In this document: piece by piece, positions 1-9,558 of the stretch
How positions within the stretch are numbered: position 1 is the first letter of the stretch
How the letters are laid out: each line of letters opens with the position of its first letter
Position numbers and translations under genes: made by a program
NCBI GenBank assembly: GCA_016930515.1
Contig: JAFGGO010000094.1
Location: 1 to 18,904, forward strand
Length of the DNA: 18,904 nt
Direction: 5' to 3'
DNA from: Promethearchaeota archaeon
GTDB lineage: Archaea; Asgardarchaeota; Lokiarchaeia; Sigyniarchaeales; SOKP01
Notes under the pieces: model-generated
Databases searched by the model: none
What the model saw: only the letters and a program-made list of their open reading frames with translations
What the model was told of the DNA's origin: nothing

Positions 1-281
1 GATATTTTAAAAAAAAGCAAGATGATGGGTTTCTTAGGATTGATTTTCCTGTTTTTAAATCTAATTATCGTTAATCTTGTCCTATAAAAATATACATAAT
101 ATTTTTTGCCTCTCGCTCAAATCTTTTTGGTTTTTGGGTTAATATTATTGTTAGCAAAATCTTTGGAAAATTTTTAATGATTCAACGAAAACTCATTCTA
201 TATTTTATTAAATTAAGCGATACGAAATAAATTCATAATAAATAATTAGAAGATAATTATCGATAACTGACATTTCATCGC

Positions 282-431
282 TCAACAATTAATAGGAAGT
301 TCCTGACCTTTTCTATTTAAATAATCTTTTAAATAACCCGGTTGGATTTTTATTTCGTCGTATAACCAATTAAGTAATCTCATTTTCGAATTGTATATTT
401 GTATTTCTTCTTCGATCAAGTCGATGTGCAT
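282..431 (-). CDS. Possible small hypothetical protein (49 aa, MHIDLIEEEIQIYNSKMRLLNWLYDEIKIQPGYLKDYLNRKGQELPINC)
   Basis: Hand-translated ATG(429-431)..TGA(282-284), below the ORF-track cutoff. Protein-like composition, same strand as neighbours, no recognisable motif. Confidence 0.35.
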   Translation of the reverse strand: MHIDLIEEEIQIYNSKMRLLNWLYDEIKIQPGYLKDYLNRKGQELPINC

Positions 432-586
432 GAGATGATTCCACTTTTTTTTGTATTATTAATATTAAAAATATGTCTCGTTAATTATTAGGAAGAGTAG
501 TACCGAAATAGTATACTGATGTTATCACGATGGCACATGCTCAAACGAGGAATACGAGTGTTTTTAGGAAAAAAAGGAAGAATAAC

Positions 587-835
587 TTAGAATTTGTAGG
601 GAATTTTTTCTTGATTTTCTAAATCTAATTCGTTCACAATGATAATAGTCTTTAAGATCTTTCGTTCCTTGGTTTTAAAATCAATTTCCTGAATTTGAAG
701 AATACCCTCGTCGTTTTTTGGAATGTACGAAAAGATCTCTTTTAACACGTCCTCCATTGAGTAGCGATTTATTCTCAAATTCTTTTTTTGAACGCCTTCA
801 AATATGCCCTTATAAAACTTTTTATATAGCTCCAT
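587..835 (-). CDS. Small hypothetical protein (82 aa)
   Basis: ORF track; G-rich SD-like GGGGTAGAG just upstream of the ATG; no recognisable domain. Confidence 0.55.
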   Translation of the reverse strand: MELYKKFYKGIFEGVQKKNLRINRYSMEDVLKEIFSYIPKNDEGILQIQEIDFKTKERKILKTIIIVNELDLENQEKIPYKF

Positions 836-1080
836 TTTTTAACTCTACCCCAATGGTTGTTAATGTGAATGTTAACTTAACAAAAACCTCAATTACCTGT
901 CAAATAATACATGATCATTCGTGCTATTAAATGTTAGCAAGTCACAAAACTTTTAAACAAAAATGTATGAAACTGAACACAAATTCTTTCAATGTTTATT
1001 AAAAAAATTAAAGAACACACCCTGAATATAATTCCTAATAATAAAGAATAAGGAAAAAGAAAAAAAGTAAAATATGATTT

Positions 1081-2037
1081 CTATATCAATTTTTCAGGAG
1101 GTTGTATCTTTAGGATTTCTAAGGATGCTGGAACTTCAATAAAGTAATACCCTTTCTTTAGGAGCTTTTTGTGTATTTTATCTATCGTTTCTGGTATTAA
1201 CTGTTCGTAAACAATCAAGGCAAAAGCTATAATACCAGTAACAAATAAAGGAAGGAAAATCAATATTAATGGCGTCAGAATTGCGACGTCTCCTGGATTA
1301 AGCACGCTAAAGCACCTGACTATAATATTATAGAGGAGTATAACTGTCGATAATCCTGTAAACGCTTCTAATAATCTTTCAAATAAAACATATGTACCTC
1401 TTAGGGTTGGTGTCCTAAGATCGTTTGGAAAAATTCTATAGAACATTACTCCTGAGTCTTCCAACAACCATATGGGCAAAGCTAAGAATAATGCTAAGAA
1501 CATGAAAAAAAAAGTACCTAAAAACATTGCTTCCGCCAAGTTCAAGGTACCAGCAATAATATCCGTTTGAACCCCCCTCATATTTGCCCTAAAAAGTGGA
1601 CCCATTCCTATATTAACCAAGTAGGCCGCGATGGTAAAAGAGAAGAATCCTATAGTCCAAGATCTTTTTATCAATATCCAAGTAGTTCTTTTTTGCTCTT
1701 GTCTTATCATTCCGTATTCTGGAGCGTTTCTTCCTAAATAAGAGATTTTATGTAGTTTGATATATCCCGTGAGAATCAAGGGTGCGATTTTAAGAAATAA
1801 TAATAATATTACAACTGGGAGCAGGTACAATATCAAAATATCCGAGATCAATGGACCTGGGATGATGACAACGAACTCAGTTAAGTATTCGTCTGGAATG
1901 AACGGATTCTGGATAAGTTTCAATCGAAATAAAATGCCTGCGATAAAAATTAGAGAATATACGAACAGCGACAGGATTAATCCAATATATATCCATGTAA
2001 ATTTTTTTTCTATTTTGAATATTTCTTTTAATTTCAT
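1081..2037 (-). CDS. Hypothetical polytopic membrane protein (about 6-7 TM segments)
   Basis: 318-aa ORF with several long hydrophobic stretches and a WLLEDSG motif after a TM helix; no family assigned. Confidence 0.8.
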   Translation of the reverse strand: MKLKEIFKIEKKFTWIYIGLILSLFVYSLIFIAGILFRLKLIQNPFIPDEYLTEFVVIIPGPLISDILILYLLPVVILLLFLKIAPLILTGYIKLHKISYLGRNAPEYGMIRQEQKRTTWILIKRSWTIGFFSFTIAAYLVNIGMGPLFRANMRGVQTDIIAGTLNLAEAMFLGTFFFMFLALFLALPIWLLEDSGVMFYRIFPNDLRTPTLRGTYVLFERLLEAFTGLSTVILLYNIIVRCFSVLNPGDVAILTPLILIFLPLFVTGIIAFALIVYEQLIPETIDKIHKKLLKKGYYFIEVPASLEILKIQPPEKLI

Positions 2038-2176
2038 AATTATCAGGTTATACTATTGATTTTTAAAATTATCGAAGAGATTGAATTCAATGAATATATT
2101 TGGGATGGAATTCCATATTAAAGAATTGAAAGATCAGGCCGAATGAAATAAGTAAAAGGAAGAACTTTAATAGTTA

Positions 2177-3079
2177 ATGTCAAACAAAATTAATATAGCA
2201 GAACCAGAAGAGGATCTCAGATTCATTGATGTTCATTGTCACTTGCCGTTTCCTCGTCCTAAGAACGACACGCTTCCTTCCGACGAGGAGCAGTACGAGT
2301 CTTATTTCAAGATCGGTGGCGTATACTTGATTACTTGCTCGATTGATATGAAAACCTTGCGTTTAATCCTTCCATTTGTCAAAGGGAAAAAAAATATGGG
2401 ATTCACATGTGGATGGGCACCTCAGACAGTGACATATACACCTAAACAGCAATATCTAGATGAATGGAAGAAATGGATCGAATATGTAACATACAATTCG
2501 AACGATTTCTTGGCCATTGGGGAGGTTGGTCTAGATTTTCACCACGCAAAAGATCTAAACAAAAGAAATCAGCAAGTTGAAGCTTTAAGGAATATTTTTG
2601 AAAAAACCGAAGACCTTGGAAAACCTTATGTTTTACATGTGAGAAACGCCACAGAATACGAGCGTGATGAAAATACTCCGGATCATTCCTTTAACGAGAA
2701 AGATGGCGCAAACAGGGAAATTCTCAAGATTTTAAAAGAATTCAATATAAAACCTAAAAATGTAATGTGGCACTGTTTCTCCGGTCCAGAAGAATACGGA
2801 GAACGCTTAGCGAAGCAAGGATTCCTTCTTTCTGTTCCAAGTTCTTCGTTTGGGTTTATCCGATGGCGGAAGGCTTTCGGAAACGCTCCTTTGGGATCAT
2901 TAGTAACCGAGACCGATAGTTATTATCAACATCCTTTTAAACGAGGTCCCGTGAATGTACCCTCTAACGCTCGTTATTCAATAGCTGCTATCGCTCACGC
3001 TCGCAACGAACCTCAAAAAAAAGTAAGTAAGATCACTGTGGCAAATGCCGTTAAATTCTTTAGATTAGAATTGTTATAA
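2177..3079 (+). CDS. tatD: TatD-family metal-dependent hydrolase (DNase)
   Basis: TatD motifs in the expected order: IDVHCHL, AIGEVGLD, VLHVR, WHCFSG, LVTETD. Confidence 0.9.
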   Translation: MSNKINIAEPEEDLRFIDVHCHLPFPRPKNDTLPSDEEQYESYFKIGGVYLITCSIDMKTLRLILPFVKGKKNMGFTCGWAPQTVTYTPKQQYLDEWKKWIEYVTYNSNDFLAIGEVGLDFHHAKDLNKRNQQVEALRNIFEKTEDLGKPYVLHVRNATEYERDENTPDHSFNEKDGANREILKILKEFNIKPKNVMWHCFSGPEEYGERLAKQGFLLSVPSSSFGFIRWRKAFGNAPLGSLVTETDSYYQHPFKRGPVNVPSNARYSIAAIAHARNEPQKKVSKITVANAVKFFRLELL

Positions 3080-3148
3080 TTATTTCATATTAATCTTTTA
3101 TTTAATAACCGTATTATGATTTAAAAAGATAGTAAGAAAAGTAAAAAT

Positions 3149-4192
3149 CTAAGTGGAAAGATTAATCAATGAATGTTCTACGAATTTTAAAGGATTGTTT
3201 GCGTATCCTGAAAAATCCAACCCTCCGAGTTTATTGAGTAAATCCTCGGGGATCTGGGTTTCTTTCAACCATAAAGAAGTCAGATTCATCAAGGCTTCGA
3301 GCCCTTTCACTTCCATTATCTCATTTTCTCCAATATCGAGAGTGTGTAGATTACTTAAGGTTTCGAGTCCTTTAATTTCTCTGATGTTATTTGAAGAAAG
3401 AAATAATTTTTCCAAGTTTACCAGAGAGACCAACCCCTTGATTTCGGTAATGTCGTTTTCCTTGAGGTTTAAGATTTTAAGATTCGTTAGAGTATCGAGC
3501 CCTTCAATTATTTGTATTTGGTTTCCATTTAACCATAAGGTTTCCAAGTTTTCTAAAACCTCCAAACCTTTTATTTTGGATAACTGGCAGTTATTTAAAT
3601 ATAATTCCCTGAGTCCCATAATGTGTTTTAATCCAGTGATGTCTTTGATGGGATTTCCGCTTATGTTCAAAATCTTAAGGTTCATAAGCCTATCTAAGCC
3701 TGAGATCTGCGAAATTTGATTTCCCGAAAGCCAAAGCGCTTCGAGATTCTCTAAATGTTCGAGGTTAAAAATTTCTGTAATCATATTCCAAGAAAAATCG
3801 AGCTTTTGCAAGTTTTTAAGTTCTTCAAGACCTTCAATTTTCGTTATTTGATTACCTCTGAGGTGCAATTCCTTCAAATTTTTCAAGGCATCAAGACCTT
3901 TTATTTCAGAAATCTCGTTGCTTGTCAAATGGAGAACCTCTAAATTGCTCAAACCTTCCAGACCGGATATTGCTTTTATGTTATTACTTCCAATGTTCAG
4001 TATTTCGAGTTCGTGGAGCTTTTCCAACCCTGTGATGGCTGTAATTTCGTTCGAACTAAGCTCTAAATTTTTTAAACCCTTAAGTTTTTTAAGGCCTTGT
4101 ATTTCTTCGATATTTTTTATCTCTAACAATCCTAAATCTAAAAAACCGTCTTTCATCTCGTAGATTGTGCCATTAAATTCTACTTCCGACAT
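3149..4192 (-). CDS. Leucine-rich repeat protein, SDS22-like 22-residue repeats
   Basis: About 13 tandem 22-aa repeats of consensus LxxLxNLxxLxLxxNxIxxIxG; no signal peptide or TM segment. Confidence 0.93.
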   Translation of the reverse strand: MSEVEFNGTIYEMKDGFLDLGLLEIKNIEEIQGLKKLKGLKNLELSSNEITAITGLEKLHELEILNIGSNNIKAISGLEGLSNLEVLHLTSNEISEIKGLDALKNLKELHLRGNQITKIEGLEELKNLQKLDFSWNMITEIFNLEHLENLEALWLSGNQISQISGLDRLMNLKILNISGNPIKDITGLKHIMGLRELYLNNCQLSKIKGLEVLENLETLWLNGNQIQIIEGLDTLTNLKILNLKENDITEIKGLVSLVNLEKLFLSSNNIREIKGLETLSNLHTLDIGENEIMEVKGLEALMNLTSLWLKETQIPEDLLNKLGGLDFSGYANNPLKFVEHSLINLST

Positions 4193-4441
4193 TTAAATCC
4201 CTCGTTAATTTTCAATTATCAGTTAAAAAATACTGATAATTTTCATATCAACACTTCTTAAAATGTCATAAAAACTTATAAATTCTTGGAAATTTGAATA
4301 TTGTGCTTGATACGACTCTTTTTCATGTACAAAGGCATGTATATCTCGTATCGTTTAAGAGATTAAATAAATTCATATTCATTAACTTTTTCTGATTAAA
4401 ATGATTCTTTCACATGTGTTTTCTACATACGAGGACTCAAG

Positions 4442-4837
4442 ATGAATGAAAGATGTCGTGATTGTGGAGAGTGCTGCATTGAAACCGAAATGCCGCTTTC
4501 AAAAAGAGATATCGAAAAAATATTCATGCATCTTGATAAAAAAACTAATTTGGAAGATTTTGCAATTAAAAACAAGGATGGCAACTTTCAATTGAAGAAT
4601 AATGGAAATTATTGTTTTTTTTTTGATAAGAAAAATAAAATTTGCTCCATTTACAATTTCAGACCCTTAGGTTGTCAGTTTTATCCCTTAATTTATGATG
4701 TTGAAAAAGATGAATGTGTTCTTGACGATTTATGCCCGAGAAAGAATTTATTTATCCTTGAAGGTCGTGAATTTCAAATTAAATGCAAAGATCTCAAGCA
4801 GTTTATAAAGAATGAGTTAAACATTTCATCTGATTAA
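4442..4837 (+). CDS. YkgJ-family cysteine-cluster protein (CxxCxxCC, putative Zn/Fe-S binding)
   Basis: CRDCGECC at the N-terminus, then CFFF...CSIYNFRPLGCQFYP and C-x5-CP; GAGGA SD-like upstream. Confidence 0.88.
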   Translation: MNERCRDCGECCIETEMPLSKRDIEKIFMHLDKKTNLEDFAIKNKDGNFQLKNNGNYCFFFDKKNKICSIYNFRPLGCQFYPLIYDVEKDECVLDDLCPRKNLFILEGREFQIKCKDLKQFIKNELNISSD

Positions 4838-4840
4838 CTA

Positions 4841-5794
4841 CTATTCTTTCTGTTTTAATCGTTCTTTTTTCGCTTTCCTTCTATCTTCAATTTTTTCCTT
4901 TTGGTGTTGTATTCGCTCTTTCAACGAGATATGTTCGGCTTGTTCATCGTGTCTCCTGAGGTATAAGTTATCGTATTTTTCTCTTAAGGTATCATAATCT
5001 CCAACATGTTCTTTAATTACGCTTTCTAGGTTTTTTTCGAAAAACCTGTTTTTTTTAAACTTTTTTGCGGGAATTCCCACATAAATCCAATCTTTCTCGA
5101 GCACTTGACCTACTGTTGTAGCAGAAGCTGCTGCAAGAACGCAATTATCCTGAACCTCCGTACCGGGCATGATAATAGCGTGTGTTCCAATTCGAGAGTT
5201 ATCCTTGATTGTTGTCTTTCTTATAATTAAAAGATTGCCTACAATAACTGCTGACTGAATAATTGCTCCCTGTCCAACCACGACATTATTACCAAATTCT
5301 ATAAATTCGCAATCTACCCATCCTTCAAAAAGCGAGTTGGAAAACTTCGTTTTGACACCAAACATTTTAAAACAAAGATTGTCCAAAAAGGGAAACGGAA
5401 ATTTATGGGATAACCAGATAGGCCATCTTTTGATGATATTCCTTATGTTCCAATAACGATAATCCTTATCTGAGGGATCGCGAAGAAAAACTCCTTCTCG
5501 AGGTTTGTGGATTAAATTAACGAATCCTAAGAGTAATTTAGCAAACACAAGCGATACCAATACGGCTGTTAGATACATTATGAATAATACCAAGGGAAGT
5601 AATAAATAAAAATGAATGTCCCGCCACGCAAAAATAAATTGCCAATTGTACATTTCCTGCCAAAACACCCAAAATTCAAGCAAGATTGAAGCCATGCTAA
5701 CCCACATTAAGAACGCATAAAGTAATGCGTATTTTTTCTTGACCAATATGGTTGTTGTAAACGGTCCTGCTTGTATTGATGATGGTACGCTCAT
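4841..5794 (-). CDS. Membrane-anchored left-handed beta-helix (hexapeptide repeat) acyltransferase-like protein, type C' (paralog of 7706..8626)
   Basis: Two N-terminal TM helices, HKPREGVFLRDPSDKDYRYW, hexapeptide repeats (FGNNVVVGQGAII, IKDNSRIGTHAIIMPG), terminal YVGIPAK. Confidence 0.88.
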   Translation of the reverse strand: MSVPSSIQAGPFTTTILVKKKYALLYAFLMWVSMASILLEFWVFWQEMYNWQFIFAWRDIHFYLLLPLVLFIMYLTAVLVSLVFAKLLLGFVNLIHKPREGVFLRDPSDKDYRYWNIRNIIKRWPIWLSHKFPFPFLDNLCFKMFGVKTKFSNSLFEGWVDCEFIEFGNNVVVGQGAIIQSAVIVGNLLIIRKTTIKDNSRIGTHAIIMPGTEVQDNCVLAAASATTVGQVLEKDWIYVGIPAKKFKKNRFFEKNLESVIKEHVGDYDTLREKYDNLYLRRHDEQAEHISLKERIQHQKEKIEDRRKAKKERLKQKE

Positions 5795-5817
5795 TTTTTA
5801 ATCGTCTTTTTATTTAT

Positions 5818-6741
5818 TTATTCTTGGGTGATTAAGTCTTTCTTATCTTCGTCAATATTTACCTCGTGCTTTACTTCATAATAACTCTCGTTGTCGACAT
5901 CGCGCATTTTGATTATATCTCTTCTTGATTCTGCATACTTGTTTTCTTTTATCTTCTGAGGTGGTACTCCCATATAAATCCATCCCTCTTCAAATATTTG
6001 ATTGTAATTAGTAACTGATAGTGCAGCGATAACCGTGTCCTTTCCAACAATACTACCTGGAGCAATAGTGCAATGTCCGCCAAGAACAACATAATCGTCT
6101 AAAATAATTTTCTTGATTATCAAGTAATTACCAACGATCATTGAACCCATCAATGTCACGCCTTGTCCTACTAAAACATTTCTTCCCATCTTTACAAATT
6201 CTAAGTCGCACCACGCATCGTGTAAGTGGCTTGAAAAATCGAGATTTAACCCGAACCAGCGAAAACCGAGTATGTCGATAAGGGGCGTCGGAGAATTGTT
6301 CATGAACCATATAACCAGCTTTTTTATTTCAGTTCTTAAGCACCAAAATTCAAAATCCGAGTTTCCTTTTTCGGCGAGAAATATTCCTTCTTTTGGTTTA
6401 TGAATGAGGTTTATTAAAACAAGAAATAACTTACTTAAACATATACAGGATAAAATGAACAAGTAATACATTGCAAGGAGTATCAAGGGAAATAATGCGA
6501 TTTGGAGGATCCATAATAAGGGATTTTCGTTGACCGCAAACCAGATGTATTGATAAAAAACGACCCCTACAAAGAAACCGCTCAGCCATAATATGGGAAT
6601 ATAAATTATTAGGAATTTTACGCTCATCCTGCTAATTGCGCTACTCGTGGTAAAATCGAGTAAATAATCGTCCTTAGACTCTTCTATTTTAACCTGTTCT
6701 TCCATATTAACAGTTCTATCTTCTTCTTCAGATTCGATCAT
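5818..6741 (-). CDS. Membrane-anchored left-handed beta-helix acyltransferase-like protein, type B' (paralog of 8623..9558)
   Basis: Two TM helices, HKPKEGIFLAE, DAWCDLEF, hexapeptide repeats (MGRNVLVGQG, LDDYVVLGGHCTIAPG), YMGVPP. Confidence 0.88.
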   Translation of the reverse strand: MIESEEEDRTVNMEEQVKIEESKDDYLLDFTTSSAISRMSVKFLIIYIPILWLSGFFVGVVFYQYIWFAVNENPLLWILQIALFPLILLAMYYLFILSCICLSKLFLVLINLIHKPKEGIFLAEKGNSDFEFWCLRTEIKKLVIWFMNNSPTPLIDILGFRWFGLNLDFSSHLHDAWCDLEFVKMGRNVLVGQGVTLMGSMIVGNYLIIKKIILDDYVVLGGHCTIAPGSIVGKDTVIAALSVTNYNQIFEEGWIYMGVPPQKIKENKYAESRRDIIKMRDVDNESYYEVKHEVNIDEDKKDLITQE

Positions 6742-6742
6742 A

Positions 6743-7675
6743 TCAATCCGTTTCCTTTATTCCCTCATTTTTCATCAAATCCTTTTTTAAAGAAGCGAAC
6801 TTGTTTTTAAGTTCGTCATCTCTTTCCAAATCTTCCTTGGTTATTTGCAAGTATTCCATTGTTTTTCTCTTAAATATTCTACGTAAGGGAATTCCATAAT
6901 AGTAGTTATCACCCTTGACGGCGTTAAATTTTGATGCAGAGGCTAATGGTAATAAGTATGCGTTGTCGTTAATTTCGCATCCGGGGGAAATAGCATTTGA
7001 TGCCGCCATCGTAACATTATCGCCGATTTTAACTTTAAAATACGAAATATTTCCAAATGTTCCATCAACCATATGCGATGTCGTGATGCTATTTGGTCCG
7101 ATGTAGCTATTCTCTCCAATTTGTATAAATCTATCTCCGCATACTTGTTCTTCCATCGTTGATCCCTTACCAATTTTATTGGAACCAACAAAATTATACA
7201 TCCACCTGATCAACCATGGAAGTGGACCCTTGGAAAAGGCATTTTTTGGATATTTAATCATAAACGATCGAATGTGATAAAAATTCAATATCCTACTTGG
7301 AATATTACGAGGGATGACGCCATTTTTTGAAGGTTGTAGCTTTTCGCTTAAATTCCACCAGAATCGAACGATTAAAGCGACGAAAAAGAGGTGTGTTAAA
7401 TAACAAACAACTACAACTATTGGAAAAGCAATGAAAGTTATTAAGGATAATGGTTCGGTAAATAATGATATTATACTTTTCGTTTGTAATACATAAGGAT
7501 ATAGAAAAAATAATGCGTATAAAAAGAAAATAATGCTTGGAACGAAAAACGATCCTAGATATGTTGTAAAAAAGGTGAGTATATGCCAATAAGGTTGTTT
7601 CTTTATCTCTTCTTTTATTACTTCTTTAGTCCCGTTTGAGTTTTGATCGGTTTCTTCATAATTTTCTTCAAGCAA
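6743..7675 (-). CDS. Membrane-anchored left-handed beta-helix acyltransferase-like protein, type A' (paralog of 9555..10481); TTG start
   Basis: Two TM helices, GVIPRNI...YHIRSF, hexapeptide repeats (IGKGSTM, IGENSYIG, IGDNVTM), TSHMVDG, YYGIP; TTG at 7673-7675 with GGGGTA upstream. Confidence 0.87.
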   Translation of the reverse strand: MLEENYEETDQNSNGTKEVIKEEIKKQPYWHILTFFTTYLGSFFVPSIIFFLYALFFLYPYVLQTKSIISLFTEPLSLITFIAFPIVVVVCYLTHLFFVALIVRFWWNLSEKLQPSKNGVIPRNIPSRILNFYHIRSFMIKYPKNAFSKGPLPWLIRWMYNFVGSNKIGKGSTMEEQVCGDRFIQIGENSYIGPNSITTSHMVDGTFGNISYFKVKIGDNVTMAASNAISPGCEINDNAYLLPLASASKFNAVKGDNYYYGIPLRRIFKRKTMEYLQITKEDLERDDELKNKFASLKKDLMKNEGIKETD

Positions 7676-7705
7676 TAAATAAATACCCCATAAATATCCG
7701 TAATT

Positions 7706-8626
7706 TTAGGGTTCAAACCCTTTTATTAACCTTCTTTTTTCTTCTTCCTTCTTTTTTTTTAACAAGTGTTTTCGTTCCTTCCACGATAGGTCTTTGTCGT
7801 ACCATTTAGTGAATTTTTCTTCGTACTCATCTCGAAGTACTTCGATGTCTTCCAAGTTTACAATCTTCTCTTCTATATTATCTTCAAAAAATCTATTTTT
7901 TTTATATTTTACGGCTGGTGCGCCAAGATATATCCAACCCTCTTCTAGAACCTGTCCAACAGTAGTTACCGAGTTAACGGCGAGCATGCAATTCTTTTTA
8001 ATGTGCGTTCCAGGCATGACTACAGCATGGCCTCCAATCCTCACATTATCTTCTATAATTGTCTTCTTAACGATGAACAAGTTCCCAACTATCAAAGCCG
8101 ACTGAACGATACTCGCCTGACCTAAAATCACATTCTTTCCAAATTCGACTAATTCGCAATCGACCCATCCTTCAAAAAGGGAGTTCGACAAGCTTGTTTT
8201 TACTCCGAACATTTTAAAACATAGATTATCTAAAAATGGAAGGGGAAATCTATGAGATATCCACGCTGGCCACCATTTGATGGTATTTCTTAAACTCCAA
8301 AATCGATAATCCTTATTAGATGGATCTCGAAGAAAAACGCCTTCCCGAGGCTTATGAAACATTTTTACGAATATCAATAATAGTTTTGCAAAAATTAGTG
8401 AGATTAATATTGATGTGATGTAAATAAAAAAGATCATGGGAATGAGAAAAATATAGAAAAATATTGGCGGAAAAATTTGGTACGCAATTTTCCAATAGAA
8501 AAAAAACTCTATAATAGCTGATAACATTGAGATCCAGAACAGAAATAGGTAACATATAAGGTATCTTTTTTTTACCAACACTAATGAAGCAAATGGACCT
8601 GCTTTTAAACTCGCTGGAACGCTCAT
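7706..8626 (-). CDS. Membrane-anchored left-handed beta-helix acyltransferase-like protein, type C
   Basis: MSVPASLKAGPF N-terminus, HKPREGVFLRDPSNKDYRFW, SNSLFEGWVDCE, hexapeptide repeats, YLGAPA; ATGA overlap with upstream gene (8623-8626). Confidence 0.88.
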   Translation of the reverse strand: MSVPASLKAGPFASLVLVKKRYLICYLFLFWISMLSAIIEFFFYWKIAYQIFPPIFFYIFLIPMIFFIYITSILISLIFAKLLLIFVKMFHKPREGVFLRDPSNKDYRFWSLRNTIKWWPAWISHRFPLPFLDNLCFKMFGVKTSLSNSLFEGWVDCELVEFGKNVILGQASIVQSALIVGNLFIVKKTIIEDNVRIGGHAVVMPGTHIKKNCMLAVNSVTTVGQVLEEGWIYLGAPAVKYKKNRFFEDNIEEKIVNLEDIEVLRDEYEEKFTKWYDKDLSWKERKHLLKKKKEEEKRRLIKGFEP

Positions 8627-9558
8627 TCGAGTTTTCCTCCATTGTTAGTGGCTAATCCTTTTTTATCCTCATCAATATTTATTTCGTGATTCTTTTTATA
8701 TTTCCTAAGACCATCAACATCTACAATTTTTATAATCGGTTTTCTTGATTCGGCAAATTTATTTGGTTTGAGTTCGATAGCAGGAATGCCAAAATAGATC
8801 CACCCTTCTTTAAGTACTTGCATGAAATTAGTTGTAGATAATGCTCCAACTACGGAATCTGATCCAATAAAAGTTCCAGGGGAAATTGTAGCGTGTCCAC
8901 CGATAACCACATAATCGTCTAAAAAAACCTGCTTAATGATCAAATACTTTCCAACGATATTTGCACTAAATATAATCGATCCTTGTCCTACTAAACCTTT
9001 TCGTCCTATTTGAATGAACTCTGGGTCAACCCATGCGTCGTACAAGCTGCTAGAAAAATCCATTTTAATACCAAACCAACGAAACGCCCAAGCGTCTATG
9101 AACGGAATTGGAGAATTACGGGTAAGCCATAATCCTATTTTTTTTATAGCAATTCGCAAACTCCAATAGCAATAATCCTTATTTTGTCGTTCAGCAAGGA
9201 AAATACCTTCCTTTGGTAAATGAACGAGATTAATTATGATGAGAAATACCTTACAACAAATCAAAACGCCAAAAACAAAAACCACATAAATTATAAATGC
9301 TTCAAATGGAAATATTACAATTATTAATATAAATCCAAACAAATTTTCGCTAATGAATTTAAATGCGATCACGAGTGCTTCAAAATACATGTAAAATACA
9401 ATTATTGCCCCAAAACCCCCTATCCAAAAAATAAGTAAATAAACAAAAATAAATCTCGAATTTACCTGACCCAAGGCGCTACTCGTGGCAAAATCAAGCC
9501 GGAAATCCTTTTCGTCACGATTTTTATTGGCGTTCTGAAGATTTTTTTCGTTAATCAT
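8623..9558 (-). CDS. Membrane-anchored left-handed beta-helix acyltransferase-like protein, type B
   Basis: LDFATSSA, two TM helices, HLPKEGIFLAE, DAWVDPEF, hexapeptide repeats, YFGIPA; ATGA overlap with upstream gene (9555-9558). Confidence 0.88.
   Translation of the reverse strand: MINEKNLQNANKNRDEKDFRLDFATSSALGQVNSRFIFVYLLIFWIGGFGAIIVFYMYFEALVIAFKFISENLFGFILIIVIFPFEAFIIYVVFVFGVLICCKVFLIIINLVHLPKEGIFLAERQNKDYCYWSLRIAIKKIGLWLTRNSPIPFIDAWAFRWFGIKMDFSSSLYDAWVDPEFIQIGRKGLVGQGSIIFSANIVGKYLIIKQVFLDDYVVIGGHATISPGTFIGSDSVVGALSTTNFMQVLKEGWIYFGIPAIELKPNKFAESRKPIIKIVDVDGLRKYKKNHEINIDEDKKGLATNNGGKLE

Noticed and set aside
246-284. Possible Sec readthrough of the small ORF 282..431 (…NC-TGA-AMKCQLSIIIF*)
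   Set aside because: No resemblance to a known selenoprotein and no GA/GA kink-turn hairpin found downstream by eye; treated as an ordinary stop.
3153-4163. Plus-strand ORFs 3153..3719, 3755..3943 and 3918..4163
   Set aside because: Antisense shadows of the LRR gene; their periodicity mirrors the LRR codons.
4309-4352. Inverted repeat GATACGA...TCGTATC enclosing two CATGTA copies in the LRR/YkgJ divergent intergenic region
   Set aside because: Short arms, single occurrence and no supporting context; cannot be distinguished from chance.
6128-8642. Short ORFs nested in or antisense to the beta-helix genes (6128..6310, 6915..7106, 6943..7191, 7305..7589, 7794..8105, 8352..8642)
   Set aside because: Fully overlap well-supported genes, carry no motifs and are not preserved between the duplicated copies.
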